In this document: piece by piece, positions 6,457 through 16,632 of the stretch
How positions within the stretch are numbered: the first letter of the stretch is position 1
Layout of the letters: every line of letters begins with the position of its first letter
DNA from: an uncultured Verrucomicrobiota bacterium
GTDB taxonomy: Bacteria; Verrucomicrobiota; Verrucomicrobiia; Limisphaerales; JAEYXS01
Direction of reading: 5' to 3'
Assembly (NCBI GenBank): GCA_964589735.1
Contig: CAZPUL010000025.1
Location: 529 to 64,528, forward strand
Length of the DNA stretch: 64,000 nt
Program-made: the position numbers and the translations under genes
Notes under the pieces: model-generated
Database searches by the model: none
What the model was told of the DNA's origin: nothing
Seen by the model: only the letters and a program-made list of their open reading frames with translations

Positions 6457-8010
6457 ATGCTACGCTCCTTGTTCCTGTGGCTTTTTGCGCTCTCGTTGAC
6501 CGCAACCCAAGCGGCCGACCTCAAACTCCCGAAGCTCCCCGGCACCAAGCCGCGCAACATCATCTTCGTCCTCGCCGACGATCATCGCTACGATGCGATG
6601 GGTTTCCTTGGTCATCCTTGGCTCGAGACACCGAATCTGGACCGCCTCGCCAAGAACGGCGTCCATTTCCCGAAAGCGATGGTCACCACCTCGCTCTGCT
6701 CCCCCAGTCGCGCCTCCATCCTCACCGGCCTCTACGCGCACAACCATCGCGTGGTGGATAACTACAACCCCGTCTCCCCCGCACTGACTTTCTTCCCCCA
6801 ATACTTGCAGAAGGCCGGTTACGAAACCGCCTTCTTCGGCAAATGGCACATGGGCGAAACGGATGAACCCCAGCGCGGCTTCGATCACTGGGTCGTCTTC
6901 AAAGGCCAGGGCAGCTACTGGCCCGATGGCCGCGGCACCTCGCGCGTCGTCCCGCAAACCGCCTACGACGGCTTCAATATCAACGGCAAGCAACGCGTCC
7001 CGCAAAAAGGCTACATCACCGATGAACTCACCGACTACGCACTCGACTGGTTGAACTCGCGCAAGTCGAACAAGCCTTTCTTCGCCTACATCTCGCACAA
7101 AGCCGTCCACTCAGACTTCGTCCCGCACGATCGCCATAAAGATCGCTACAAGGATAAACCCTTCACTCCGCCCGCCTCCCTCGCCAACACCCCGGAGAAC
7201 TTCGCCGACAAGCCCATGTGGCTGCGCAACCAGCGCAACAGCCGCCACGGCGCGGACTTCGGCTACAACCTCCCCGACTTCGACCTCGCCGCCTATTACC
7301 GCCGCTACTGCGAAGCCCTCCTCGCCGTGGACGACAACCTCGGACGTGTCTTCAAATGGCTGGAAGATCACCACCAACTTGAGAACACCCTCTTCGTTTA
7401 CATGGGCGACAACGGTTTCCAGTTCGGCGAACACGGCCTCATCGACAAACGCACTGCCTACGAAGCTTCCCTCCGCGTCCCCCTCCTCATGCACTGCCCC
7501 GCCGTGTTGAAACCTGGAACAACCATTCCGCAAACCGTCGCTAACATCGACATCGCCCCGACACTCTTGGAATTCGCCGGTTTGCGTCCGCCCTCACACA
7601 TGGATGGCCGCAGCTTCCTGCCGCTCCTGCAAGGCAAGCCAACCGCATGGCGTGAAAACATCCTCTACGAATATTATTGGGAACAGAACTATCCGCAAAC
7701 ACCCACCATGCATGCCGTCATCGGCGAACGCTACAAATACATCCGCTACCACGGCCTCTGGGACCTCAACGAACTCTACGACCTCCAAGCTGATCCGCAC
7801 GAGCGCAAGAACCTCATCGCCGATGCCAGCCAGCAAGCACGCGTGAAGCAGATGAACGCCCAGCTCTTCGACCTGCTGGAGCAAACCCACGGTGAGAACC
7901 TCCCTCTCCTCCGTGACCGTGGCACCGTCTATCCCTGGCGACACCCGGATAAGGGCCAGCAAGCCCCCTTTCCCAAAGAGTTTTTCCGCCGCTCGGAAAA
8001 TACTCCGTAG
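6457..8010 (+). CDS. Cys-type sulfatase (N-acetylglucosamine-6-sulfatase-like), secreted
   Basis: Signal peptide, IIFVLADDHRYD and the SLCSPSRASILTGLYAHNH sulfatase signature. Confidence 0.9.
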   Translation: MLRSLFLWLFALSLTATQAADLKLPKLPGTKPRNIIFVLADDHRYDAMGFLGHPWLETPNLDRLAKNGVHFPKAMVTTSLCSPSRASILTGLYAHNHRVVDNYNPVSPALTFFPQYLQKAGYETAFFGKWHMGETDEPQRGFDHWVVFKGQGSYWPDGRGTSRVVPQTAYDGFNINGKQRVPQKGYITDELTDYALDWLNSRKSNKPFFAYISHKAVHSDFVPHDRHKDRYKDKPFTPPASLANTPENFADKPMWLRNQRNSRHGADFGYNLPDFDLAAYYRRYCEALLAVDDNLGRVFKWLEDHHQLENTLFVYMGDNGFQFGEHGLIDKRTAYEASLRVPLLMHCPAVLKPGTTIPQTVANIDIAPTLLEFAGLRPPSHMDGRSFLPLLQGKPTAWRENILYEYYWEQNYPQTPTMHAVIGERYKYIRYHGLWDLNELYDLQADPHERKNLIADASQQARVKQMNAQLFDLLEQTHGENLPLLRDRGTVYPWRHPDKGQQAPFPKEFFRRSENTP

Positions 8011-8176
8011 TTTCCAACGTGCTGGGATTTTCCATTCGATTTTCAGCGTTCGCTGCTGGATGCGCTTTGCTTCCCCAGTTCACTCATCATTGCTCATTGC
8101 CAGGTCATTCATGCTTCGTCATCAGTCATTTCTCAACCTCCTTGGAATTTCCATCAAAGTCTGATAGCTTTGATTC

Positions 8177-8440
8177 ATGATTCTACGGGTCACCCTGGCC
8201 GATTGCGGCGCGAAGATCGAAGACTGCATGGAAGGCCGTCTCACGCACGACGAACTGCGCGAATGGGCTCGTGACGCCATGATGGCCATGGACATCCCCG
8301 CCCACGAATACGAAGAGATCATGGCTCTGCTGCAGGACATCAACACCAGCACCAAGGAAAACCTGCGCGTGGCTTTCAAACACTACAAAGCCTTCAGTTC
8401 CCCTCTCACCCAAGGCCTGCCCAAGAGCTGGCTGCAGTAA
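8177..8440 (+). CDS. hypothetical small acidic protein (87 aa)
   Basis: The ORF has coding-like codon usage. No family recognised. An alternative start is the Met at 8228. Confidence 0.45.
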   Translation: MILRVTLADCGAKIEDCMEGRLTHDELREWARDAMMAMDIPAHEYEEIMALLQDINTSTKENLRVAFKHYKAFSSPLTQGLPKSWLQ

Positions 8441-8452
8441 ATCTTCATCAAT

Positions 8453-8800
8453 ATGGGCATGGTCCTTTGCCGGAAACACGGCCTCACCGGCATCTCATTC
8501 GCTTGTGAACACGTCGTGGCAGCGACCCAGCAGGAGCAAACCGTCAAATCGGTTCCGTTGCTCACGATTTTTTTCTACGCAAAGAAGACCTTACTCTGCG
8601 AGGCCTGCTACGCCGACTTTATCAGCCGCTTTCCCGATTCTGCACTGGTCAACCAGATCTTGGCACAATGGGCTGATGATGAATTGGATGAAGCAACTAG
8701 TGCTTTCCTCGACACTTTATACCAACCTGTTTGTGGCCGCTGCTTCCGAGAATTCCAGCAGACAAACCCACCCGGTTCCAGTTCGTTCGATTCAAAATGA
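8453..8800 (+). CDS. hypothetical Cys-pair protein (115 aa)
   Basis: The ORF starts 12 nt after the previous one. It carries LCEACY and CGRCF pairs (zinc-ribbon-like). A hairpin follows at 8806-8827. Confidence 0.45.
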   Translation: MGMVLCRKHGLTGISFACEHVVAATQQEQTVKSVPLLTIFFYAKKTLLCEACYADFISRFPDSALVNQILAQWADDELDEATSAFLDTLYQPVCGRCFREFQQTNPPGSSSFDSK

Positions 8801-8830
8801 AAAAAGGCGGACCGTTTCCGGTCCGCCTTC
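8800..8830 (-). terminator. rho-independent terminator downstream of pnp (may act in both directions)
   Basis: Stem ggcggacc (8806-8813) pairs with ggtccgcc (8820-8827), with loop gtttcc. On the minus strand a T-run follows the stem. Confidence 0.7.
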
Positions 8831-8851
8831 TCGAATTATTTTAGGAGCAGC

Positions 8852-11005
8852 TTAGGCTTTCGCTTCCGGCTTCTCGCCCTTCGCGGCCATTTCCTTGTCG
8901 CGGTCTTCCATCGCGGCGCGGCGGGACAGCTTCACGCGTCCCTTCTCGTCGATGCCCAGGCACTTCACCCAGATCTCGTCGCCGACTTTCACGATGTCTT
9001 CCGTCTGCTTCACGCGGAAGTTCGCCAGCTCGCTGATGTGCACCAGGCCGTCCTTGCCGGGCAGCACTTCCACGAAGCAGCCGAATTCCTTCAGCGTGAC
9101 GACTTTGCCACGGTAGGTCTTGCCGATCTCGATCTCGGCCGTCATGCCCGTGATCGCGTCCTTGGCGAGCTGCATGCCTTCCTCGGACACCGAGTAAACA
9201 TGCACTGTGCCGTCGTCGTCGATGTTGATCTCGCAACCCGACTCTTCGACGATGCGCTTGATGTTCTTGCCGCCAGGCCCGATCAGCAGACCGATCTTGT
9301 CCGGGTCGATCTTCAGCGTCGTGATGCGCGGGGCATACTTGCTGAGGTTCGAGCGCGGTTCAGCCAGCGTCTGCTTCATGCTCTCGATGATGCTGAGGCG
9401 GGCGACGCGCGCCTGCTCCACCGTCTCGGCCATGATAGAGAACGGCAGACCCTTGAGCTTCAAGTCGAGCTGGAAGCCCGTGATGCCCTTCGTCGTACCG
9501 GCGATCTTGCAATCCATGTCGCAGAACGCATCTTCCCAGCCGATGATGTCGGTCAGGAGCTTGTAGCGGGAGATTTCTTTGTTGTCGTTATACTCCGTGC
9601 AGATACCCACGCTGATACCGGCGACGATGCGCTTCAACGGCACACCGGCGTCCATCAACGCAAGGCTCGCGGAGCAGACAGAGGCCATCGAGGTGGAACC
9701 GTTGGATTCCATGATCTCGCTGGTGATACGGATGGCATACGGGAATTCCTTCAAGTCCACGAGCGGAGCGACCGAGCGTTCGGCCAATGCTCCGTGACCG
9801 ATCTCACGACGGCCTGGACCCGAGATACGGCCCGTCTCACCGACGGAGAAATTCGGGAAGTTGTAGTGCAGGATGAACTGCTTCTCCGTCTGGCCACCGG
9901 TGTAGGAATCATATTCCTGGGAGTCTTCGGTGGTGCCGAGCGTGACCAAGGCCAAGGCCTGGGTTTCACCACGGGCGAACAACGCGGAACCATGCACACG
10001 GGGCAGCAGGCCGACTTCACCGGAGATGGCCCGGATGCCATCGGCCGCGCGACCGTCGAGGCGCTTGCCGTGATCGAGGATCAGGCCGCGAACCGCTTCC
10101 TTCTGGATGTAATATTGGGCGTCTTTGAGGACGAATTCGGTCACCTTCTCGGCGCCGAACTTCTCCACGAGCTGTTTGCCGACATCGGCGAACACCGCTT
10201 TCACTGCGGCTTCACGCGCGAGCTTGGCCGTCGTGAGGAGCGCGGGCACGATGCGGTCACCGGCGAGCTTCTTCGCTTCCACGAGGATCTCTTCGGGCAC
10301 GATGTTCACCGTGATCTGGCGCTTTGGCTTGCCGGCTTTCGCGGCGAGCTGCTTCTGCGCTTCGATGATCGGCTGGCAGGCCTCATGGGCGAATTTGAGC
10401 GCCGCCATGAAATCAGCTTCCGTGATCTCATCGGCACCGCCTTCGAACATCACAACGTCCTTCTCGTTACCCACGTAAACGAGGTCCATGTCGCTCTGAC
10501 CCTGCTCTTCATGCGTCGGGTTCGCGATGAACTTGCCGTCCACGCGCGCCACGCGCACCGCACCCAAGGGACCCGCCCAAGGGATGTCGCTGACCATCAG
10601 CGCCGCCGAGGCACCGATGATGCTCAAGATGTCGGGATCGTTCACGCCATCCGCGCTCAGCAGCACGGTCTGGACTTGCACTTCGTTATACCAGCCCTTC
10701 GGGAAGAGCGGGCGGATCGGACGGTCGGTCAGACGGCAGGTGAGGATTTCCTTTTCCGTCGGACGGCCTTCACGCTTGAAATAACCACCGGGGAACTTGC
10801 CGGCGGCAGCGGCCTTCTCGCGGTAATCCACCGTGAGCGGGAAGAAGTCCTGACCGGGCTTCGCGTTCGGGGCGGCCACGGCGGCCACGATGATCATGGT
10901 TTCACCGAGCTGCACGGTGACGGCACCATCAGCCTGCTTGGCCAACTTGCCGGTTTCGATATGGATCTCCTGGGCGCCTACCTTGGCTGTTACTTTTTCG
11001 GGCAT
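8852..11005 (-). CDS. pnp: polyribonucleotide nucleotidyltransferase (PNPase)
   Basis: 717 aa with two RNase PH-like halves, then KH and S1 domains ([28 protein letters not shown]). It sits directly downstream of rpsO. Confidence 0.97.
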   Translation of the reverse strand: MPEKVTAKVGAQEIHIETGKLAKQADGAVTVQLGETMIIVAAVAAPNAKPGQDFFPLTVDYREKAAAAGKFPGGYFKREGRPTEKEILTCRLTDRPIRPLFPKGWYNEVQVQTVLLSADGVNDPDILSIIGASAALMVSDIPWAGPLGAVRVARVDGKFIANPTHEEQGQSDMDLVYVGNEKDVVMFEGGADEITEADFMAALKFAHEACQPIIEAQKQLAAKAGKPKRQITVNIVPEEILVEAKKLAGDRIVPALLTTAKLAREAAVKAVFADVGKQLVEKFGAEKVTEFVLKDAQYYIQKEAVRGLILDHGKRLDGRAADGIRAISGEVGLLPRVHGSALFARGETQALALVTLGTTEDSQEYDSYTGGQTEKQFILHYNFPNFSVGETGRISGPGRREIGHGALAERSVAPLVDLKEFPYAIRITSEIMESNGSTSMASVCSASLALMDAGVPLKRIVAGISVGICTEYNDNKEISRYKLLTDIIGWEDAFCDMDCKIAGTTKGITGFQLDLKLKGLPFSIMAETVEQARVARLSIIESMKQTLAEPRSNLSKYAPRITTLKIDPDKIGLLIGPGGKNIKRIVEESGCEINIDDDGTVHVYSVSEEGMQLAKDAITGMTAEIEIGKTYRGKVVTLKEFGCFVEVLPGKDGLVHISELANFRVKQTEDIVKVGDEIWVKCLGIDEKGRVKLSRRAAMEDRDKEMAAKGEKPEAKA

Positions 11006-11120
11006 ACTATGCTTTCTGTATTTGCCCGTCAGCCTAGAGGAACTTCAGTGAACACCTGCCAGCAACAGGCGCTGAATGAAATTTCCCCGGCCAACGGACG
11101 GTTTCTTCGCGATTACAAAC

Positions 11121-11160
11121 AAAAAACGGCCAGACTAGATCGCGTTCGCTAGTCTGACCG
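11121..11160 (-). terminator. rpsO terminator / pnp leader hairpin
   Basis: The minus strand reads ggtcagactag-cgaacgcgat-ctagtctggcc followed by gtttttt, between the rpsO stop and the pnp start. Confidence 0.65.
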
Positions 11161-11218
11161 TGGAAACCTTTGGTGAAATTGTCACCGGGCCTTCAACGAA
11201 TTGAAGAATTCCCTTACC

Positions 11219-11482
11219 TTACTTGCGGAGGTTGAGCTTCTTCGTCACCGCCTTGTAGCGCGGAGCATCCGTGGTGTGGAGATAGTCGAGCAGGCGGCGG
11301 CGCGTGCTGACGAGTTTCAAGAGACCACGGCGTGAGCTGTTGTCCTTCTTGTTGCTTTGCAGGTGCTCCGTGAGCATATTGATCCGCTGGGTCAACAGCG
11401 CTACCTGGACATCGGCAGAACCGGTGTCTTTGTCATGCAGACGAAAATCCTGAACGATCTGACCTTTCAACTTTGCTTCCAT
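11219..11482 (-). CDS. rpsO: 30S ribosomal protein S15
   Basis: 87 aa with ...HLQSNKKDNSSRRGLLKLVSTRRRLLDYL..., typical of S15. Conserved rpsO-pnp arrangement. Confidence 0.95.
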   Translation of the reverse strand: MEAKLKGQIVQDFRLHDKDTGSADVQVALLTQRINMLTEHLQSNKKDNSSRRGLLKLVSTRRRLLDYLHTTDAPRYKAVTKKLNLRK

Positions 11483-11748
11483 ACTTATCTGTTAATAAAT
11501 GAAGGCGGGACACTAAGTGCTTCATACGCTGGTGTAAAGACATTTTAGAGCCACTTCCTGCCCTCCCCTTTCCGCCGGGGCCGATTGGTTCTGTCACGAT
11601 TTCACCTAAGTATGCTATTATCAATAACTTTGAACAACAAACGGCCATTCCTGTCTAAATCAGTGATAATCGCCGGTTGGCACAGCCCAAGCTGAATAGG
11701 TCTTGTTCCCATGGACGGTTATCGTCTTAACTGAACCCTTTACGATTT

Positions 11749-14700
11749 ATGGTAGGTCTCAAAATGCAAAGCACTCCAGCAGCACCTTCCGCCGCCTCGC
11801 CGCGGAAGAAAAAGCTGCTTATCCTCGGCACCATTTTCATCGGTCTGCCGGTCATCCTCTACTTCTTCCTGACCAGCGGCTATTTCATCAAGTCCTTCGT
11901 CTTGCCCAAGGCAGGCAAAACTTTGAACGCCACCATCACGGTGGAGGACATCTCCGTGAGCCCCTTCTCCGCCGTCTCCTTGCGTGGTTTGAAAGTGGTA
12001 ACCACGGGCGAACCCCTGCTCACTGCGGATTCCGCCAGCGTCCGTTACAGCCTCATGGACATCATCGGTGGCAAACTGAATGTCTCCGAACTCAAGGTGC
12101 AATCCCCGAAGATCAGCATCGTGCAGAATGTGGATGGCACCTCCAACCTCTCCCCGATCCTGGAGGCTCTCAAAGCCAACGAGCAACCGGAAGCACCCGA
12201 AACCGCCGAGCCCGGTGAAAAACCTAAACTCGACTTGAAGAACATCGCGCTGGAAAACGCCCGCTTCACTTTCGCGCAAGCGCTCCCCGCTGGCGGCAAA
12301 CAGACCATCGAACTTGCCAGCATCAATCTCTCCGTGGATCAGGTCGTCTCCGGTATCGCGGGCAAACTGCAACTCGCCACCGACATCGTGTTCGACCAGC
12401 AACTCACGCCGACCAATGCACCCAACCGCCTGGAGACCAAGGCCACGGCGAACTTCGATTTCCTCATCACTCCCGACCTCTTGCCCCAGAGCGTGAAAGG
12501 CAAAACCGAACTCACCGTCGGCAAAACCACCGGCACCTTCGCCGATCTGGCGGGCTTCGTGGCCACCCTGAACACGGAAGTCTCCCCCACGGAAGTGAAA
12601 AGCCTGCGTCTGGAGTTCAATCAGAACACCGAAGCCCTCGGCGCCATCCTCGTGAGCGGCCCGATGGATCTGAACAAAGGTGAAGTGAAGCTGAACCTCA
12701 ACGTGGAGCCGCTCGGCAAACGCGTGCTCAACCTGGTGGGCGCCGCCATCGGCTACGACTTCGGCAGCACCCAGATCTCCAGCAGCAACGTGCTCGAAGT
12801 CACCAAAGGTTTCACCTTCGTCTCCGTGAACGGCCAGTTCAACGCGCAGAAATTCACACTCATCAAAGATAAGCAGCAGGTCACGCCGTTGGATTTTTCC
12901 GCGCAATACGATGTAAAGCATAACCTTGAAAACGGCATCTTGAATATTGAACAACTAAGTTGTTCCGCCCGACAAAAAAACAATCAAGTGTTGGCCATCA
13001 ATCTCAGTAAGCCTTTGTCACTTCCCCTAGCCTTCATTTCAAACCCCAGTGCCAATATTTTGCATGCGCTTGACGACCTGAAGCTCAGCGATGCTTCATT
13101 AAACTTAAAACTCAGCCAGCTCAACCTCGCCGATTGGAAACCCATCATCGGAACCGCCGCCAGCGCGGGCTTGGTGGATGCCTCAGTAGATATTTCATTC
13201 GCCAACGGCGGCAAGGAAATCAACTCAACCTTTCAGACGACAGCCAAGAACCTGACTTTAGTCTCCAGCGACAAAAATCCGGCCCCGATCAACACCTCGC
13301 TCAAAGGCAAATTCACCACGCAAAACTTCACATCCTACAAAGGCAACGTCGTCGCCAATGTCACCGGCAAGTTCGCTGACCTGCGCCTCGACGATCTGCA
13401 GATGGCTGCCGATCTGACCGTGAACATCTCCACCCAGCAAGTCATCACCCCCACGCTAGCCGTCTCTATCCAGCACGCCGGCAAACCCGCTGGCAGCCTC
13501 GATTTCAGTGGCACTTACAATACCACGAATTCAACGGGCAAATTCGACTACACGCTCGGCAATCTGAACGAGAATCTCCTGGCTGCCGTGCTCGATCCTT
13601 TCCTGACGGATGCCAAACTGACCTCGCTCACCATCAATTCCAAAGGCACGTTCACCTTGAATCCGGCCGCTGAATCCGGTGTGAAAGCCGACCTCCAACT
13701 GACCCGCCTGCTCGTCACGGACAAGGCCGGAAAATTGCCCAAGGAAACCTTGAGCGCCGTGGCCACGCTGGATGCCAGCATGGACAAGCAAGTGCTGAAC
13801 CTCCGCACCGTGCAGTTGAATCTGACCCCGACTGAGCGCGCCAAAAACGTCCTCAACCTCAGCGGCAAGATCGACTCCTCGAAATCCAACGCCATCACCG
13901 GCAGCGTGAAAATCGCGTCTGACGGCCTTGACCTGACCCGCTACTACGACCTCTTCGCCGGCACTTCCAGCGATACTACCAAACCCTCGGCCTCCACCCC
14001 CGCCCCGGTAGTTGACCCGAACAAGGAACCCGAGCCTGTGACGCTGCCTTTTAAGAATTTCAAAGCGGAACTCGACCTCAAGAAACTTTATCTGCGCGAG
14101 ATCGCGATGGAGAACTGGCAGACCACCTTGCTGCTGAACGGCGGTCAGGTGAAGATCGAACCGGCCAAACTGGTGCTCAACGGCGCGCCCGTCAGCGCCC
14201 GGGTGGACCTGGACCTCAGCGTCCCCGGTTACCGTTATGATATCAGCGCCAAAGCGGACAAAGTTCCCCTTGCCCCCTTGGCCAACAGCTTCGCCGAGGA
14301 GTATAAAGGCCGGGCGGCGGGCGACATGTTCGCCAATATCGCCATCAAGGGCGCAGGCACCACCGACAAGAGTTTGCAGAAAAACCTCACGGGCAACATT
14401 TCGCTCAACTTCACCAACGCCAACATTCAGTTGATCGAGAAAGGCGCATTCTATCCTGTAATCGCCGCCGTGGCCCTGGTCTTGCGCGTCCCGGAAGTGC
14501 TGCAATCCCCGCTCAACGCCGTGGTCGCCAATGTGACGATCGGACAGGGCGCCATCGACCTGCAAAAAGCGATGGCCCACAGCCCCGCCTTCATCGCCAA
14601 TGTGACCGGCAAAATCCCCATGTCCGACGTGCTGACAAACTCTCCTTTGAATCACCCCGTGGAATTCCAGCTCGCGCAAGGTCTCGCCAAACATTTCTCC

Positions 14701-15000
14701 ATCACCGGCCGGGATGCGACCAATGCCTTTGTGCAGATGCCCAGCTTCCTGGCCTTGAAAGGCACCTTGGGCGAACCTAAGGCCGACATCAAAGAACTGG
14801 TCATCACCGGTCTGCTGCTCAAATCCGCCGGAGCCCTCCCCATCGATCTCGGTGATAAGGGCAACAACATCCTCAAAGGTGTCGGCAACATCCTGACCGG
14901 CCAGCCGAACAAACCGGCGGATACCAACGCACCTTCGCAGACCACCACGAACAAGCCGGCCACCATCAATCCCTTCGACCTGTTCAAGAAGAAGAAATAG
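11749..15000 (+). CDS. AsmA-family outer-membrane biogenesis protein (about 1080 aa)
   Basis: N-terminal TM anchor (LLILGTIFIGLPVILYFFL), then a long beta-rich repetitive body. Size and architecture fit the AsmA/DUF748 families. An alternative ATG is at 11764. Confidence 0.7.
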   Translation: MVGLKMQSTPAAPSAASPRKKKLLILGTIFIGLPVILYFFLTSGYFIKSFVLPKAGKTLNATITVEDISVSPFSAVSLRGLKVVTTGEPLLTADSASVRYSLMDIIGGKLNVSELKVQSPKISIVQNVDGTSNLSPILEALKANEQPEAPETAEPGEKPKLDLKNIALENARFTFAQALPAGGKQTIELASINLSVDQVVSGIAGKLQLATDIVFDQQLTPTNAPNRLETKATANFDFLITPDLLPQSVKGKTELTVGKTTGTFADLAGFVATLNTEVSPTEVKSLRLEFNQNTEALGAILVSGPMDLNKGEVKLNLNVEPLGKRVLNLVGAAIGYDFGSTQISSSNVLEVTKGFTFVSVNGQFNAQKFTLIKDKQQVTPLDFSAQYDVKHNLENGILNIEQLSCSARQKNNQVLAINLSKPLSLPLAFISNPSANILHALDDLKLSDASLNLKLSQLNLADWKPIIGTAASAGLVDASVDISFANGGKEINSTFQTTAKNLTLVSSDKNPAPINTSLKGKFTTQNFTSYKGNVVANVTGKFADLRLDDLQMAADLTVNISTQQVITPTLAVSIQHAGKPAGSLDFSGTYNTTNSTGKFDYTLGNLNENLLAAVLDPFLTDAKLTSLTINSKGTFTLNPAAESGVKADLQLTRLLVTDKAGKLPKETLSAVATLDASMDKQVLNLRTVQLNLTPTERAKNVLNLSGKIDSSKSNAITGSVKIASDGLDLTRYYDLFAGTSSDTTKPSASTPAPVVDPNKEPEPVTLPFKNFKAELDLKKLYLREIAMENWQTTLLLNGGQVKIEPAKLVLNGAPVSARVDLDLSVPGYRYDISAKADKVPLAPLANSFAEEYKGRAAGDMFANIAIKGAGTTDKSLQKNLTGNISLNFTNANIQLIEKGAFYPVIAAVALVLRVPEVLQSPLNAVVANVTIGQGAIDLQKAMAHSPAFIANVTGKIPMSDVLTNSPLNHPVEFQLAQGLAKHFSITGRDATNAFVQMPSFLALKGTLGEPKADIKELVITGLLLKSAGALPIDLGDKGNNILKGVGNILTGQPNKPADTNAPSQTTTNKPATINPFDLFKKKK

Positions 15001-15020
15001 GGTCACTGAATCAAAACTGA

Positions 15021-15055
15021 GCCGGGGCTTGTTACCACCCCGGCTTTTGTTTTTA
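15021..15055 (+). terminator. rho-independent terminator
   Basis: Stem gccgggg (15021-15027) pairs with ccccggc (15038-15044), followed by ttttgttttt. Confidence 0.7.
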
Positions 15056-15120
15056 ATTCATTCCACCATAGGCTGCCACCTCAGCCAGGCCGCTAAAATA
15101 TTTTATCGGCTCCGCCGTAG

Positions 15121-15164
15121 CTCCCTCGCCCCTCAATGGGGAGAGGGCCGGGGTGAGGGGTGAG
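15121..15164 (+). repeat. REP-like hairpin repeat ('GERAGVRG' element), copy 2
   Basis: ctccctcgcccctcaatggggagagggccggggtgaggggtgag. Confidence 0.7.
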
Positions 15165-15191
15165 CAAGCCAAGCGTATTTAGAAATCCATT

Positions 15192-16562
15192 ATGCAACCC
15201 GTTTTGCGTTATCTCGAAGAGCACCGGCAAGAATTCATCGACCGCCTGTGCCATTACGTCCGCTTCCCCAGCGTCTCTGCGCAACCACATCACCGCGCGG
15301 ATATTGATCGCTGCGCCCAGTGGCTCGCCGACCATTGCCGCTCCATCGGTTTGGACACCGAGCTCTGCCAGACGCCGGGCAATCCCATCGTGCTCGCCAA
15401 GACGCCGCGCAAGAAAGGCAGCACCAAGCCGCACTATCTCATTTATGGCCACTACGACGTGCAGCCCGCCGAGCCATTTGAACTCTGGACCACGCCTGCT
15501 TTCGAGCCGCGTATCGTAGGCGATTCCCTTTTCGCCCGGGGCGCCAGCGATAACAAAGGCCAACACCTCGCGCACCTGAACGCCATCGAAGCATATCTGA
15601 AGACCGGCACCGAACTCCCTTGCGACCTCACCTTCCTCATCGAAGGCGAAGAGGAAGTTGGCTGCACAAGCCTGAAAGGTTTCCTCGAAGAACGCGCCAA
15701 AGAATTGAAGTGCGATACCATCGTGATCTCCGACACCGGAATGCCGGACCTCAAGCATCCCGCCCTCACCTACGCCCTGCGCGGCATCGTGGCAGCGGAA
15801 GTGACCTTGCACGGCCCGTCGCGTGATCTGCACTCCGGCATCTACGGCGGCTCCGTGGAAAATCCGGCGATGGCCCTGTGTCAGTTGCTCGGCCAGCTTC
15901 GCGATAAAAAAGGCCGCATAACCGTCCCCGGTTTCTACGATGATGTCGTGAACCTCAGCGCCTACGAGCGCAAGCAACTCGCGCGTCTGCCCCACAATGA
16001 GAACGCCTACAAGAAATTCCTCGGCGTGAAGGAACTCATGGGCGAAAACGGCTACACGGCCATCGAGCGCCGCAGTGCACGTCCGACCTGTGAGATCAAC
16101 GGCCTCACCAGCGGTTATCAAGGCGAAGGCAGCAAGACCATCGTACCCTCTTGGGCCAAGGCCAAGCTCACCTTCCGCCTCGTGCCGGATCAGAAGCCGC
16201 AGAAGATTCTCAAGCTCGTGGAAAAGCATCTCAAGAAACTTTGCCCACCCACCGTGCGGATGGAGTTCGAGCCCGGTCATGGTGGTGAAGCATACCTCGT
16301 CTCTCCGACCAGCGCTCCGGCTCAAGCCGCCTTGCGCGCCCTGAAGAATGCTTTCGATTGCGAACCTGTTCTTCTCCGTGAAGGCGGTTCCATCCCCATC
16401 GTGAACCAGTTCCGCAAGACTCTGGGAGCAGACTCCTTATTGCTCGGCCTTGGCTTGCCGGATGACAATCCGCATTCGCCGAACGAGAAGTTCAGCCTCA
16501 CCGCCTACACCAAAGGCATGAAGATGAGCGCCCTGCTGTGGCCCGAACTGGCAAACGCCTAG
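15192..16562 (+). CDS. M20-family dipeptidase
   Basis: HYLIYGHYDVQPAEP and ARGASDNKGQ motifs typical of M20/M25/M40 metallopeptidases. Confidence 0.85.
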   Translation: MQPVLRYLEEHRQEFIDRLCHYVRFPSVSAQPHHRADIDRCAQWLADHCRSIGLDTELCQTPGNPIVLAKTPRKKGSTKPHYLIYGHYDVQPAEPFELWTTPAFEPRIVGDSLFARGASDNKGQHLAHLNAIEAYLKTGTELPCDLTFLIEGEEEVGCTSLKGFLEERAKELKCDTIVISDTGMPDLKHPALTYALRGIVAAEVTLHGPSRDLHSGIYGGSVENPAMALCQLLGQLRDKKGRITVPGFYDDVVNLSAYERKQLARLPHNENAYKKFLGVKELMGENGYTAIERRSARPTCEINGLTSGYQGEGSKTIVPSWAKAKLTFRLVPDQKPQKILKLVEKHLKKLCPPTVRMEFEPGHGGEAYLVSPTSAPAQAALRALKNAFDCEPVLLREGGSIPIVNQFRKTLGADSLLLGLGLPDDNPHSPNEKFSLTAYTKGMKMSALLWPELANA

Positions 16563-16632
16563 GAGCGCGGCTCTCCGAGCCGCAGCAACGTGAAAAGCAA
16601 ATAACGTCATAAATTATTTCATCGCTCACCAC

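Noticed and set aside
9038-11152. 704-aa + strand ORF opposite pnp
   Set aside because: It is antisense to an unmistakable PNPase gene. The product is Arg/His/Asp/Leu-rich with no motifs, which is typical of a shadow ORF in GC-rich DNA.
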